This document shows, in pieces, positions 1 through 13,159 of a DNA stretch of 64,000 bases; the stretch's first letter is position 1; each line of letters begins with the position of its first letter. The DNA comes from Cetorhinus maximus (lineage: Eukaryota), in the NCBI RefSeq assembly GCF_964194155.1, contig NC_135886.1, positions 100,130,001 through 100,194,000 on the forward strand, given 5' to 3'. The position numbers and the translations under genes were made by a program. The notes under the pieces were generated by a model that was not told the origin of the DNA, ran no database searches, and saw only the letters and a list, made by a program, of their open reading frames with translations.

Positions 1-130
1 ACAATTACACAATAGCAGCAAGACCTGAGATAATGAAGTTCCATTCCATCAATAGCTTTACATCTGTTTCCCCATCATCATTCCCCACATAATTATCATA
101 ATTTTTCAATGAAAAACAATGACTATATCA

Positions 131-373
<243 letters not shown>

Positions 374-858
374 TTAACCACACTTCTTGATGGAGCTTCA
401 GCCATGAATTGAGTTGCCTTTCTAATACCAAAGATTGTATGCAAAATTGATTGCATTCAGATTTTAGTTCATCATTAACTACCAGAATTTTAAGCAAGGA
501 GGCTAAATTTAATGCTGAAAGGCTTAACCCAAGTCCACACATACACTTGAATGCACTAGATTGCCACCTTATTGTAAAAGTCATTTAGCTGAACAAAAAA
601 AATTAGGTGATGTTTTAAAAAGTTGACGGAGACATTGCAGCTGCCTAATGGTGTAATGTAATTTTCCATCTTTACTATCAAGACCATAAAGTGTATGCAT
701 GATATGTTAAAGGTGATGCTTTCACCAATTAGTTTCTCATTTTAGTGATCCTTTCAAAAAAAAATCAACAAGGAGTTTTTAAAAAGACCCTAAATGTAAA
801 ATAGATTGGCTAAGCACTACATTCTTTTCTGCACACTATGTGATTTAACACACCATTA

Positions 859-1083
<225 letters not shown>

Positions 1084-2379
1084 CTAAACAAAAAGCAAAA
1101 AGAATGACATTGGTACACACTCGCATTTTCAGCAAATCCCTTTTAATCAAATAATTTGCACATTGCTGCAAACATTAGAGGAACAGAAAACTAAAATTTG
1201 AAATAACTCTTCACATATGTTACACAATTGCAAAAAATTCAAACTTTTTAAAGTTTGGATATATTTAAATTTTTTATTACTTACCACCACTAAAGAAATT
1301 GATCAAAAAAAGTGACAAAATTTTATCTAAATTTGCACAACTTCACAAGTATAATTAAACACTCAGACATTGAAAGCTTGCACCAATTCCCAGATAGGTT
1401 TTTGCTCAGAGCTAACCAAGCAGAGATCTTCCATATTTTAGGATGGAGCACAATCAGCAAACACATTTTAATTTAAAGCAAATTAGGTTAGCCAGCTAGC
1501 AATAAGATAAGCTATATCTCAATCTTCCTTATCTCTCATCCTAACATCTCAATAAATCCAACTGCCCACTTGTAGTACAAATGTGCCACTGGCTTCAGCA
1601 GCTAAGTTGGCATTAAATTTGTGCCTCCCATCTGTGAACTAAATATGCAGAGGTCAGAAGGACATAGCAGAATTATACCTTAGTATATTAACATGACCGC
1701 AAAAAGGCAGTAGTGGTATAAGAAAACATTGCAGCTATAGATGAAGCCCCACAGACTCACCCTTGCATTGTGAAATACAACATTTGCTTACCTGCCAGGC
1801 AACTTCAGATAACTTCCCAATTTGCTAATGAAATGTTTTGGCCAACTCAATCCAGAGATTTTTTCTGTTTACTACCTATAACAAAATGCTATAAATTTCA
1901 CCACACACAAAAAAAGAACTTCCTTTGGAATGATGGCACATCCCAGTATTCAAGTGAGCGCAAAATCCTTCCACTCACTCAGGTTTTACTAAAGTGGAAC
2001 AGACCAAGCTCAGGAGCACAGTTATGGGGCATTGCATGGCCAGGATCATATTGAAGGATAAGTAACTCTGGGATATCAGAAATAATTCTATAATTTTAGA
2101 AATTGAGACCTGAACCTTTAAAGGCATTCAATTCTCCCTTGTTCTTAGAATTTATATCTTACAACTATTAGGTTAAATCAATCTGAAGAGAATGGATGAG
2201 ATTGGTGGCTCAGTGGTAATCTTTCATCCTGAGTTTTTGATTCCTGTTCAAGCTGCTGGGACAAAAATGTTCTTAGTGGAATGCATTTGGGCTTAGTCCA
2301 GGGTCTAGTGGGCATAAGTTCAAAAAGTAACCTCAGTCAGATTGGAAGTAGTGCTGCAAATAAATCTACAGTCAACAAT

Positions 2380-2950
2380 TTCACAGTATCTTTACAGCGC
2401 AAAAGGAGGCCATTCAGCCCATCGAGTCTGCAATGGCTCTCTGAAAGAGCATTTCACTTACTCCCACTCCCGTCTTATCCCCGTAACCTTGCATATTCTC
2501 TTTTTTTAGCTATCAATCCAATTCTCTTTTGAATATCTCAATCGAACCTGCCTCCACCACCTTTTCAGGAAATTTGTTCCAGGCTCCAATCACCCTCTGG
2601 GTGAAATAAATTTTTCCAAATCACATTTACTCCTTTTGCCAATTATTTTGAATCTGTGCCCTCTAATTTTTAATGTTCTGAGTGGGAACAGTTTCTCACT
2701 ATTTACCCTGTCCATACCTCTTCAGGATCTTGAATACCTCTCAAGCCTCCTCTCAGCCTTCTTTTCTCCACGGAAAAAGCTCCAATCTCTCCAATCTATC
2801 CTCATAGCTACAGTTCTTTGTCCCGGGAATCATTCTTATGAATCGCCTCTGTACTCTCTCCAATGCCTTCACATCCTTCCTCAAGTATGGCGCCCTGAAC
2901 TGGACGCAGTACTCCAGATGAGGTCTAACTAGTGCCTTATACAAGTTATA
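2380..2950 (-). mobile_element. CR1-type LINE 3' fragment
   Basis: The ORF reads LYKALVRPHLEYCVQFRAPYLRKDVKALERVQRRF (CR1 ORF2 C-terminus) and is followed by a CR1-like 3' tail. Confidence 0.85.
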
Positions 2951-3404
2951 CAATTTAAAAACATAAGATATAGGGCCTCAGGGAAATTGAAGAGGAGTAG
3001 TTCTGAGTACCATATGTAGTATTCCTCTCAACTCCTGGGGGCAACCTAGATATAAATTGCACTATAAAAGTTGTTCTACATAACTGATATCTCTAAGAGG
3101 GTGTTACTACAGATGTTAGTTATTTCTAACAAGTAGCCGGAAAACCCAAGTTATCATGCAGACGAACATTGCAGTTTCACCACAGGAGTCATACTTCACA
3201 CGGTACAAAGTTTAGATGCTTTGAGATTACCTACTGGAAGCAATCTTGCATATCCTGCCTTCAAGGTCAGGTGAAATAATTTGTCATAGGAGTCAAAATC
3301 ACCAGCATAACTCCAGAGTTAAAATGCTGCTCTTGCATCGACTAGAACCTCAAACTGCTTTACACAGACACAAAAATAGTATAAAAACTAAAACTAACTA
3401 ATAG

Positions 3405-4468
3405 AAGACAAGAGTTGGGATGAGGAGCATTTTCAGGATGGCAACCTGTAACTAGTGGAGCTCCACAAGGATCAGTGCTGGGGCCACAATTATTTACAAT
3501 ATACATTAGTGACTTGGATGAGGGAAGTGAATGTACTATTGTCAAGTTTGCAGATGACAAAAACAGGTGGGAAGGCAAGCGGTGAGGATGACACAAGGAG
3601 TCTACAGAGGGATATAGACAGGTTAAGTGAGTGGCAAAAACATGGCAGATGGAATATAATGTGGAAAAATATGAGGTTATGCACTTTGGCAAGAAGAAAA
3701 GAGGAGCTGAATATTATTTAAACAGAGAAAGGCTGAAGAAGGCTACAGAACAGAGGGATTTGGGGTCCTCGTGCATGAATCCCAAAAAGCTAGCATACAA
3801 GTTCAGCAGGTAATAGGGAAGGCAAATTGGACGCTGGCCTTTATTTCAAAGGGAATGGAGGAGAAAAACAGGGAAGTCTTTCTAAAACTATACAAGACAC
3901 TCATTAGACCACACCTAGAATACTATGAACAGTTTTGGTCCCCTTACCTAAGGAAGGATATACTGGCATTGAAGGCAGTCCAGAGAAGGTTCACTAGGTT
4001 GATCCTGAGTATGGAGGGATTTTCTTACGAGGAGAGGTTGAGTAGGTTGGGCCTGTACGCATTGGAGTTTAGAAGAATGAGAGGTGATCTTATTGAAACA
4101 TAAGATTCTTAGGGGGCTTGACAGGGTAGATGCTGAGACATTGTTTCCCCTTGTGGGAGAGTCCAGGACCACGGGGCATAATCTCAGAGTAAGGGGTAGC
4201 CCATTTAAGACAGAGATGAGGAGGAATTTCTTCTCTGAGGGTAGTCAATCTGTGGAATTCTTTACCGTAGAGGGCTGTAGAGGTTGAGTCGTTAAGTATA
4301 TTCAAGGCTGAGATAGACAGATTTTTAATCAGTAAGGGAATCAAGGGTTATGGGGAAAATGCAGGAAAGTGGAATGGAGGATTATCAGATCAGCCATGAT
4401 CTCATTGAATGGCAGAGCAGACTCGATGTGCTGAATGGCCTACTTCTGCTCCTATATCTTATGGTCTT
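3405..4468 (+). mobile_element. CR1/HER1-type LINE, 5'-truncated (RT 3' half plus tail)
   Basis: [25 protein letters not shown] and RRMRGDLIET motifs are present with frameshifts. It ends in the gaatggcctacttctgctcctatatcttatgg tail. Confidence 0.9.
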
Positions 4469-4700
4469 TTGCAGGTCATCCATTTTTAAATTGAAACTGT
4501 TCCAACACCAGAGCAAAACTGATGCTAAATCACAACAAACACCTTTGGCAGCCCGCACACTAAAAATAAAAGCCAACCCACCTTAATTGTTTTTACTTAG
4601 TGTAAGATTTTTGATCAGCCCTCAAAAGATAATATAGTTAAAACTGGGAGCCCTTGTTTCATGAGTGCTTTTTAACAATGCTTATAATTTTTAGACCAAT

Positions 4701-4751
4701 TAAGGCTTTCTTGCCTCCCTTTTTGGGAGCTGGTTTCTTCTCATCAACCAT
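4701..4751 (-). pseudogene. Histone H2B N-terminal fragment (51 nt) in BRWD3 intron 4
   Basis: ATG-initiated MVDEKKPAPKKGGKKAL resembles the H2B N-tail motif PAPKKGxKKA. Similarity stops after codon 17 and no histone fold follows. Confidence 0.55.
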
Positions 4752-7700
4752 CGTCAACATGTACTGAACACCAAATGTTACTGATTGCCAATTAAAACTT
4801 GCTACAAATGCAGTTTCCTCACACCAAACATTCATAAACTTCCCATGCCCGCATTTCAAAATTGCCACTTGTTGCCACAAAAATTCATTGAACAAAACAA
4901 GTTGAGAAGAGCACAATTCTATGACTACTAGAAATTTCTGGCGAGTAGCGGTTCTTTCGAAGAACAATTTCACTCAAAACTGGAGTGTTAAATCCAGAGG
5001 CAAGCAATCCTAACCTGAATAATGAACAAAAATCACATGCAAACTTTACCAACTTAAATGAAGAGCAGGTAAACATTTATATCCTGCCAGAAATTGCGCT
5101 ATATGGTTAGAAGTTGCTCAGAAGTTCAAAATGCATATAATAATAAAATAAGACAAATGCGAAAATAACGACAGACTTAAGCCATTTTGGATTCACATTA
5201 TGTAAAATGCTTCTCAACTAAAAAAAGACTTGGTTAACTACCACAAGTTCAGTTAAAAAGCATATAATCAATTTGCACCTTTCCTTTGTGCCAAGTGCTC
5301 CAGGAATACTTTGTCACATGCCCAATCTTCCCTTGGCGTGAGATTTCTAATGACTCTTGCAATTTTACATCATCTACATTAGTTGTTCGTTAATCTCACT
5401 ATAAGTTTAATTTCAACCACTTACAGGTCCTTCTTAGAAATGTACTCACTGGGAAGTATGTCTCAAAAACTCGTACAACAGGCTGTAATTGCACATACAT
5501 GGAATTTAACTTACTTTTTGAAAATGTTGCATACACCCATGTTTCATATCAAAGTGCACGGTCTATACCACCCTTCATCAGATGTTAATATAAAAACAAT
5601 ATTCATACACCATATTTCAAGTCATGGTTGCACAATACCATAGGCTCATTAGGTGCAATTATAAATGCAAACATCTAAGCTCAGTGTAAATTCTTATATA
5701 GGCTAAAAAACTTAAAAACACAGTTACTCATAATATTTAATATTATAATACTTTCATAATGTTCTCAATACATTATCTTTCTTCATCTTTTTGATTTATG
5801 TAATTTGGTATAAGCTTACAAGAGAAATTTAGCCACATTAGGAAATCACAAATTATGATCAAATTTTTAAAAAGTCATGGAAAAAGGGAATTTCATTCCC
5901 ACTGCACTATAAATCTTCAACTGCCTATGTGGTCATAATATGACATTAAACTCAAACAATTTTGTATGCCATTGAAACTGATTCAATTTAAGTCGCTCAC
6001 AAACCAACCGTGCTTCTGCTATCCTAAATTCATGTTTTCAAAATGAATGAATCACCATTGCATCCAAATTGGTTTAAATATTCACCATGACAATTCACCT
6101 CCAAATTGCCGCTAGAGCAATGCCAGCAACAGCATACAAAATAGCCAGAAATGGGCAAACGTGTTTCAGTCAGTACCAAACCTTCACTTGATTAAAGCAC
6201 AATATTCAACCATCTTACAGCCAGAAGAGCAACTCATCTTCTGTAAGACATTTCTTATCCTAATGCTACAAGATCCTCAGCAGCCTTTATTTGGTCATGT
6301 GCCTTCTATCAGACATTTCCAAACAAGGAATAGTTTTGCAGTCAACTGCACAATGGTACACCTCTTAAATGTAAGATCCAGTTGCGACATTTGGACTAGG
6401 CCAGTAAAGGACTTTGGATTTCTAGTGCTCAGAGAATTCAAACTGCTTAAAAGTTACAGCCTAGATCAGGTCTGACAACTCATGCCCTAAACTATGTGAG
6501 GACCACTATGGTAAGAACTGCAGATAATGTGGTCAAAGAGAATTCAAACATGTTGACTGCAAATGCAGCGAACCATAGATATTGATCCACTGTATAGAGA
6601 AAGCCACGCAGCCACTTCCTTGCAACATTATGCCTGGGAATAATCTGTATGAACATATCTAACTAGCTGGGCAAAGTTGGTAATATGCTAAAGCAACTGC
6701 ATTCACAAGTAACCACTTAGGGGGATTTTTAGGAAATTGAAAATAAAAATTTAATTTACAATATATAAAATATATAATATTTATGAAAATATTTTTCTGG
6801 CTTAATTCAGGGGCAGGCTTTTAATACCCGCAAAGAAATCTAACATAAATGTAGAGTTAAATTATAAACTTGAAGGATTTTCATGGTTTCTTTAAACATT
6901 TTTAATTTGTTTAGTATAGGAAATCCACTATACTTTTAAATAAAAATGAAATATGAGTGAAATAAACCAAATATTAACAAATCAAATAAATCCTAATAAT
7001 TAATCCTCCCATACTGCTATGAAGTATATCCCTTGAAAGGTGGCATAAATAACCTATATGAACAAATAGCCATTGAATAAATTTCATTTTTAATCGCCAA
7101 ATTGAAAAACACAATTCAATGCAATATAGAAAAGTAAAAAAATGCTCAGCCATTGTTTAATTAAAATAACTGCACGTTGTGAAATCTGAAACAGGATAGG
7201 TTGAGAACGAAAAGTGATATAAATTTCTATTTCCCTTCCAAGTATCTCTGTACATTCTTTCGTACTATTTTTAAGATATACTGTCACTCAGTGGACTATT
7301 TCCGAAACAATGAGCGATGTGACAAAAAGCACAGATCACCATACACTTCATTACATACACAGGAACATCTTTGAAGTGTTGCAACATAATTTGCAAAGTA
7401 ACAAATTGGAGGGGGGGGTTGGTGGGAAGGAAAAGGGAAAAGATGGCAAACAATGGACTAGTCATTGCTGTAAGATATTCCAGCTGTCTATTATGTGCAG
7501 TCAGTATAAAGCAATGCTAATGAACTGGCAGACGTGCTCGACATCAGCTTCCTGTATCACAGCCTGCCGGCCAATCGGAGAATGCAACACATTCCAGCCA
7601 GCCCAGCAACAGATGAGAGCAGCTCCCTGATTGGAGGAGTTTCCAAAATGCCTACGTAACCTCCACCTCACCCCCCCCCCTCCCCGCAACCATTCTCCAC

Positions 7701-7859
7701 AAAAAACGCTTTATTTTTTCACATAAAATCGCTTTTATTTACTTTTTTTTAAAAAAAATTACACCAGCGATTTTCACATCTATTTCTGAGGGGATAATCG
7801 AAGAGGGTCGAGTCGATTCAGCAGCATCGAAATGTATTTATTTTTTTTAAAGTGTTTTT

Positions 7860-7906
7860 GATGGGGGGGGGGGGGGGTGGGGGAAGAGAGAGAGAGAGAG
7901 AGAGCG
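7860..7906. repeat. poly-G run and (GA)n microsatellite
   Basis: G-run at 7863-7876 followed by AG repeats. A second (GA)n lies at ~8212-8231 and a C-run at 7671-7680. Confidence 0.9.
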
Positions 7907-7994
7907 CTTTATTTTCTTCTTTTTTTTTGCGGGAGATTCAACTTGACCGAGAAGGGAACAAGAAATGTTTTTAAAAGTTTTATTTTTTGGCCTA

Positions 7995-8102
<108 letters not shown>

Positions 8103-8255
8103 TTAGATCGAGAGAAAAAAAAAGAATAAAAGTATCAGTGGGCACACGGGTTCGACATTAAAATGAGCCTGAGAGAGAGGAAGGTTAAAGGGTGTGTGGG
8201 GGAGGAGAATCGAGAGAGAGAGAGAGAGAGACAGATAGGGGCTGTTTTCTTTCAC

Positions 8256-8285
8256 CTGATATTCCTCCAGCTCCTGGATCAGGAC
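8256..8285 (-). CDS. BRWD3: BRWD3-like coding exon 3
   Basis: tacag acceptor and gtgaa donor. The 30 nt exon reads VLIQELEEYQ. Confidence 0.92.
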
Positions 8286-8381
8286 CTGTAATAAAAAGAG
8301 AGACAGTGAATGAGTGAGTGAGGGGTTTATAAAGAGCGGGGACACAGGCCGCCACTTTCCACACAATGACGATCCACTCAC

Positions 8382-8440
8382 CCGTGCCGACTTCTGACAG
8401 GGTCCGGACAGGAGGAAGCGGGCGATCAGGTAATACAGCT
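8382..8440 (-). CDS. BRWD3: BRWD3-like coding exon 2
   Basis: ggcag acceptor and gtgagt donor. The 59 nt exon reads (E)LYYLIARFLLSGPCQKSAR. ELYYLIARFL fits BRWD3 better than PHIP/BRWD1 (ELYFLIAR). Confidence 0.94.
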
Positions 8441-8499
8441 CTGCCGGGTGAGAGAAAAGATGAGGGAGAAAGTCAAGGCTGATTAAAACATTTCAAATC

Positions 8500-9480
8500 T
8501 CAGACATTCCCCCCCTCCTCAATAATAATGATCAGTAAACCCACCCCGCTCCAGCTGTGAGACTCGGATGGGGTCGGTTGGCCTCTCCTCCATGTTGCCG
8601 GTTGTGTCAGTAGCCGCCGTGGTGTTTGGGCCGTGTGGTACAGGGGAAATCTCTCACTGCCCCTCTCCGCCTCTCTCTCCCTCTCCGGCCTCCGTCGCCA
8701 TTCAGGGCACAGCAGCCTCATCACACCCTCCCCCTCAACCTTCCGCCGCCGCCAACTAATCCCCAACTACTTCCCTCTTTTTCGCCCACGTTTTTCCTCA
8801 ACCCGCCCTGGCGGAGGGGGCCCGACCGCCGACACTCGGTGGCTACTGGGTTTTGACAAAGTTAAAAAGTGGGATTCGATGTCGGCTGAAAGAAACAGGG
8901 GAGGGGGGGGAAGTCGGTCTGGCGGAGGGATACGTTCCTTTCACTCCCCCCCTCTGGCTGAGTCTCGAGCGGACGGAACGTGCTGGCGGGCGGGGGTGTG
9001 GGGGGAAATGGTGAGTGACTGGGCATTGACCAATGGGGAGCGTTCCAGCCGGGCTTTTAAAGGCTTTAAAGAGACGTTTAAGCCAATGGGTGAGGAGCAG
9101 GTGGGTGGGGATTGTGAGCTGTGACGTCAGCTGCCGGCGGTGGTTTGTCGCTGCGGCTTCGCGGGGTAGCTCGATGAAGGCCTGTATTTGGACAAAGGCT
9201 CTTCCTCCTCTCGAGGCGTTCGGTCCTTTCGGTTAATCGGCTCAACACTCAGGCTATGCGGCCTAGGCGTCCCTTGTGGTTTGGGTCAGCCGGCGGGCGA
9301 TGTCTCCCCAGAGGGGAGGCGGCGTTGTACTGTGGAGCTCATCCACCCGGGCGCCAGAGGCTGGGGCAGGGGAACAACAGCCAACCTTCCCCGCGCTCCC
9401 CTCCTCCCGGTAATAGCAGCCAAATCCATCCGGTACCAGAGGCTGGGGAAGGGGAACAGCAGCAGTGTCTTCTCCCTGGC
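8500..9480. promoter_or_regulatory. CpG-island promoter / 5' UTR of BRWD3 with CCAAT boxes, CRE and GC boxes
   Basis: Sharp rise in GC and CpG content against AT-rich flanks. gaCCAATggg at ~9030, agCCAATggg at ~9083, palindromic CRE TGACGTCA at 9122-9129, and GGCGGG boxes at ~8985-8995, all just upstream of exon 1. Confidence 0.8.
8545..8593 (-). CDS. BRWD3: BRWD3-like coding exon 1 (start codon)
   Basis: Strong Kozak context gcAacATGG at 8593. It reads MEERPTDPIRVSQLER plus one G, then a gtgggt donor. Phase 1 joins exon 2 in frame to give ...LERELYYLIARF. Confidence 0.85.
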
Positions 9481-9514
9481 ATTACCAGCCCAAGTTTTGC
9501 TCATGAAGAAAGAG

Positions 9515-12185
9515 TTATAGCACAATTGGAGGTCATTTAGCCCATTGTGTCTGTGCCAGCCAAAAATAGTCATTCAGTCTAATCCAGCTCTTGGTCTATA
9601 GCCCTGTAGTTACCACACCTCATATGCACATGCAAATGTGGTGATTTCACAGAATTACAGTATAAAAGGAGGCTATTCGGCCTGTCATGTCTGCACCGGC
9701 TCTCTGAGCATTTTAACACTGCCAATCTTATGCCTTTTCGCTGTAACCCTGCACATTGTTTCTATTAAAATAATCATCCCATGCCCTCTTCAATACCTCC
9801 ATTGATCCTGCCTCCATCGCACTTCCAGGCAGTGCATTCCAAACCCTAACTACTTGCTGTGTGGAAAAAGTTTCTTCTCACCTCGCATTTGCTTCTTTTG
9901 CAAAACACTTTAAAAATGTGCCCCCTGGTTCTTGATCCATTTACAAGTGGGAACAGTTTCTCGCTATCTACTCTGCCTAAACCCCTCATGGTTTTGAAAA
10001 TTCTGTCTCAACCACCCTTTCAGGCAGTAAGTTCCAACCTCTGAAATTATTTTGTCAGCTTTTTCCAATCCTTCATTAATTTAAATCTGATACCCCCTAG
10101 TTATTGATCTCTCTATGAACAGAAATAGATTCTTCCAATCCACTTTAGGCCCCTCATAATTTTATGCACAATTAAACCTCCTTTCAGCTCCTCTGTTCCA
10201 AAGAAAATAACCCCAAACTATCCGATCTTTCCTTATAGCTGAAATTCTTCATCCTTGGCAACATCCTTGTACACCTCTGTAACCTCGAGTATGATCACAT
10301 CTTTCCTGTAGCACAGCAATCAGAACTCTACACATTGCTCTAGCTGTGGCCTAACTAGTGTTTTATACAGTTCGAGCACAACCTCCCTCATGTATTCTCT
10401 GTCTTGGCTAATAAAGGAAAATATTCCATCAGCCTTCTTAACCACCTTTATTTACCTGTCCTACCATATATTTTATAGACCAGACAACTGGATCAGTAAT
10501 GCCAAATTCATTTTGTATTTTACCTGCTGATAGTTATTTTTGTGAAATGTGTAAATGTGTTAATTTATGATTCTAACAAGATGGAAAGAAATACAGCACG
10601 GGTGTCCATTTGGCAATTAAGATGGTTCTTCGGTAGAGTTATCCAATTATCCCCACTGCTCTGCTTTTTCTCCATAGCCCTTATTTTTTTCTCTTCAAGC
10701 ATTTGCCCAATTCCCTTTTGAATGTCACTGCTGAATCTGCTTCCTCCACCCTTTCTAGCAGTGCATTCCAGATCACAAGAACTCTGTGCTAAAAAATGTA
10801 TCCTCAACTTGTGCCAAATTGTGCCCTCTAGTTAATGGTCATTCTGCTACTGGAAACAGTAACAGAAACATTCATGACTACCATGCACCCTGCGTGCTGA
10901 GAATCACACACATCTTCCTCTCCAAACCCATACTGATTGCTGTCAGTAAGGAAAAGGGTATGTGGGTTTCAGTTTACCTCCACCCCTGTCTGTGACAACC
11001 TCCACCAAATCTACTCTTTTTCTTGATGCTAAGAACAGCACCAGCTTCTCTCATCTAATATATCTCTTTCACACCCTCTGCAAGGCCTTGACATCCTTCC
11101 TAAAGGGTGGCACCCAGAATTGAACACAATGCTCGAGCTGAGGTCTAACTAGTGTTTTATAAAGGTTTAGCATAACTTCCTTGATTTTGTACCCTGTGCC
11201 TCTATGAAGACAAAGATCTTGTCTGCCTTTTTAACAACCTTTTCAATTGCAAGCTTAAGATTTGTGTATGTACATCCACAGGTCTCTCTGCTCCTGAATT
11301 CCCTTTAAAATTGTATAACTATTTTGTATTGCCTGTTTTCATTCTTTCTAACACTTCACACTTCTCTGCACTAAATTTCATCTGCCATGTGTCTGCTCAT
11401 TTCACTAGTCTGTTTGTCCTCCTGAAGTGTGTTATGACTACATTTATTACCACATTGACATATTACTGCATTTCTATTACTTCATATTAGTACATTCCTG
11501 AGTTTTGTGTCATCTGCAAATTTTGAAATTATAGCCATTAATTCATTAATATACATTGAGAAGAACAATGGTCCTAATATCAACCTTTGGGGAACACCAT
11601 TGTGCACTTCCCTCCAGTCTTAAAATTAAACATTCGCTACTACCTTCTGCTTTCTGTCCCTTCGCCAATTTTTATTCATGTTGCTACTGTCTATTTAATG
11701 CTATGGGCTTTAATTTTGCTAACAAGTATATTTTGTAGTACTTTTCAAAAGCCTCTTCAAAGTTTACACACAACATTACGCTCATCAACCCTCTCTGTTA
11801 TCTCATTAAAGAATTCAATCAAGTCAGTCAAACAAATCCATGCTGACTTTCATTTATTAGTTTGTACTTTTCCAAATGCCAACCAATTTTGTCCCAGATT
11901 ATTTCTAAAAGTTTTCCCATTGCTGACATTAGCCTGACTGACCTATGGTTACAGGATTTATCCTTCTCCTCTTCTTTAAGCAGGAGTATAACATTTGCAG
12001 TCCTCTGGAATAACTCTGTAACATCATGGCCTGACCCTTTGCACTTTTCACTCCTACTTCCCTCGGTAACTTAGGATGCATCCCATCTGGACTGAGTGAT
12101 TTTTCTACCTTGGGCACTGCTGACCATTTCAATTCCTCCTTGTTATTTTTCTGCTATCCAATATCGCTACTACCTCCTCCTTTAC
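9515..12185 (-). mobile_element. Cluster of decayed CR1 LINE fragments
   Basis: Repeated reverse-complement CR1 tails (ggccattcggccc-like) plus ORF2 remnants, for example SPDGMHPKLPREV at 11929-12132 and a KFADD-like motif near 11510. Confidence 0.75.
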
Positions 12186-12464
12186 TGCTTCATTGATAGC
12201 AACATCTTCAGTGTTCCCAGTATGTTGTTAATCGCTTCTGTAATGAACATTGTGGCTTTACTCTCTACTTTTACTACTTGACCTTTTAACCAGTTGTTTA
12301 TCTTTCTCTAATCTTTACATTTTAGTACAAAAACCTTTTTAATGTGTTTAACAATTCATCTGAACATTTCAATTATATACTGGTATCATGTTTTGTAAAA
12401 TTAATCCAATGAGAATTAGCATTTCAATGCATATTTGTAATTATTAAGTCTTAGTTTTCCTGTT

Positions 12465-12640
12465 ATCAAGATTATTTGGTCATTGCATTGCTGTTTGCAC
12501 AGGTTTGCTGTAAATAATGGCTGTCATGTTCTCTATATCACAACAGTGATTACACTTCAAAAATTACTTTGTTGACTGTAAAGCGCTTTGAGACATCCAG
12601 TGACGTGAAAAGGACCATATAAGTGCAAGTCATTCTTTTG
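12465..12640 (+). mobile_element. DeuSINE (SacSINE1-like) 3' fragment
   Basis: Contains caacagtgattacacttcaaaa...gactgtaaagcgctttgagacatcc...gtgaaaagg, characteristic of the Deu domain and its L2-type tail. Confidence 0.7.
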
Positions 12641-12708
12641 TTACAACACAGATCATTGCATACTCCCATTAGGTGTATTTCGATCTTGAGACTGTACTAC
12701 AGAATTCT

Positions 12709-12807
12709 GAAATGAAAATGGAATTTGCTGGAGATACTCAGCATGTCCGGCAGCATCTGTGGAGAGAGAAACAGAGTTAACATTTCAGGTAAGTGACCCT
12801 TTGTTCT
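12709..12807. mobile_element. Short Penelope-type non-autonomous insertion with 16-bp TSD
   Basis: Carries the motif gctggagatactcagc...cagcatctgtggagagagaaacagagttaac. It is flanked by tgtactacagaattct (12693-12708) and tgtactacagagttct (12808-12823). Confidence 0.65.
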
Positions 12808-13159
12808 TGTACTACAGAGTTCTTCCTGGGTCCCTATTGTTAGAAGGGAAAAGATATTTGTATCTGATAAGACGATAGTAAAACTATTTTTTCCCTGTTA
12901 ACTTGCACTAAGATTCACCCTGTGGTGCTTCACAACTTTGGAGGTTTACAGCATCAAAGGAGGCCATTCAGCCCATTATGTCTGTTCTCTCTCTGGCAGA
13001 GCAATCCAAAACTAACAGCATATCATCTGCTTTGAATATTTATCCAACAATCTACCTCAACATTTTCCTGTGACAAAGTATTCCATACTCCAACAACCTG
13101 CTGCAGGAAGAATTTCTCCCAATCTCTCCATTAATCTCATTTATCTCATTGTTGTTTGT

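Noticed and set aside
2195-2360. Possible LF-SINE-like ancient SINE
   Set aside because: It has a tRNA-like start and a short similar stretch, but is too degenerate to call without alignment.
4930-4975. Possible divergent H2A start partnering the H2B fragment
   Set aside because: Only gaaatttctggc loosely resembles an H2A start. It has no ATG, an immediate stop and no SGRGK motif.
8633-9540. Long plus-strand ORFs (163 aa, 110 aa, 94 aa)
   Set aside because: These are expected stop-poor ORFs in a GC-rich CpG island, with low-complexity products and no recognisable domain.
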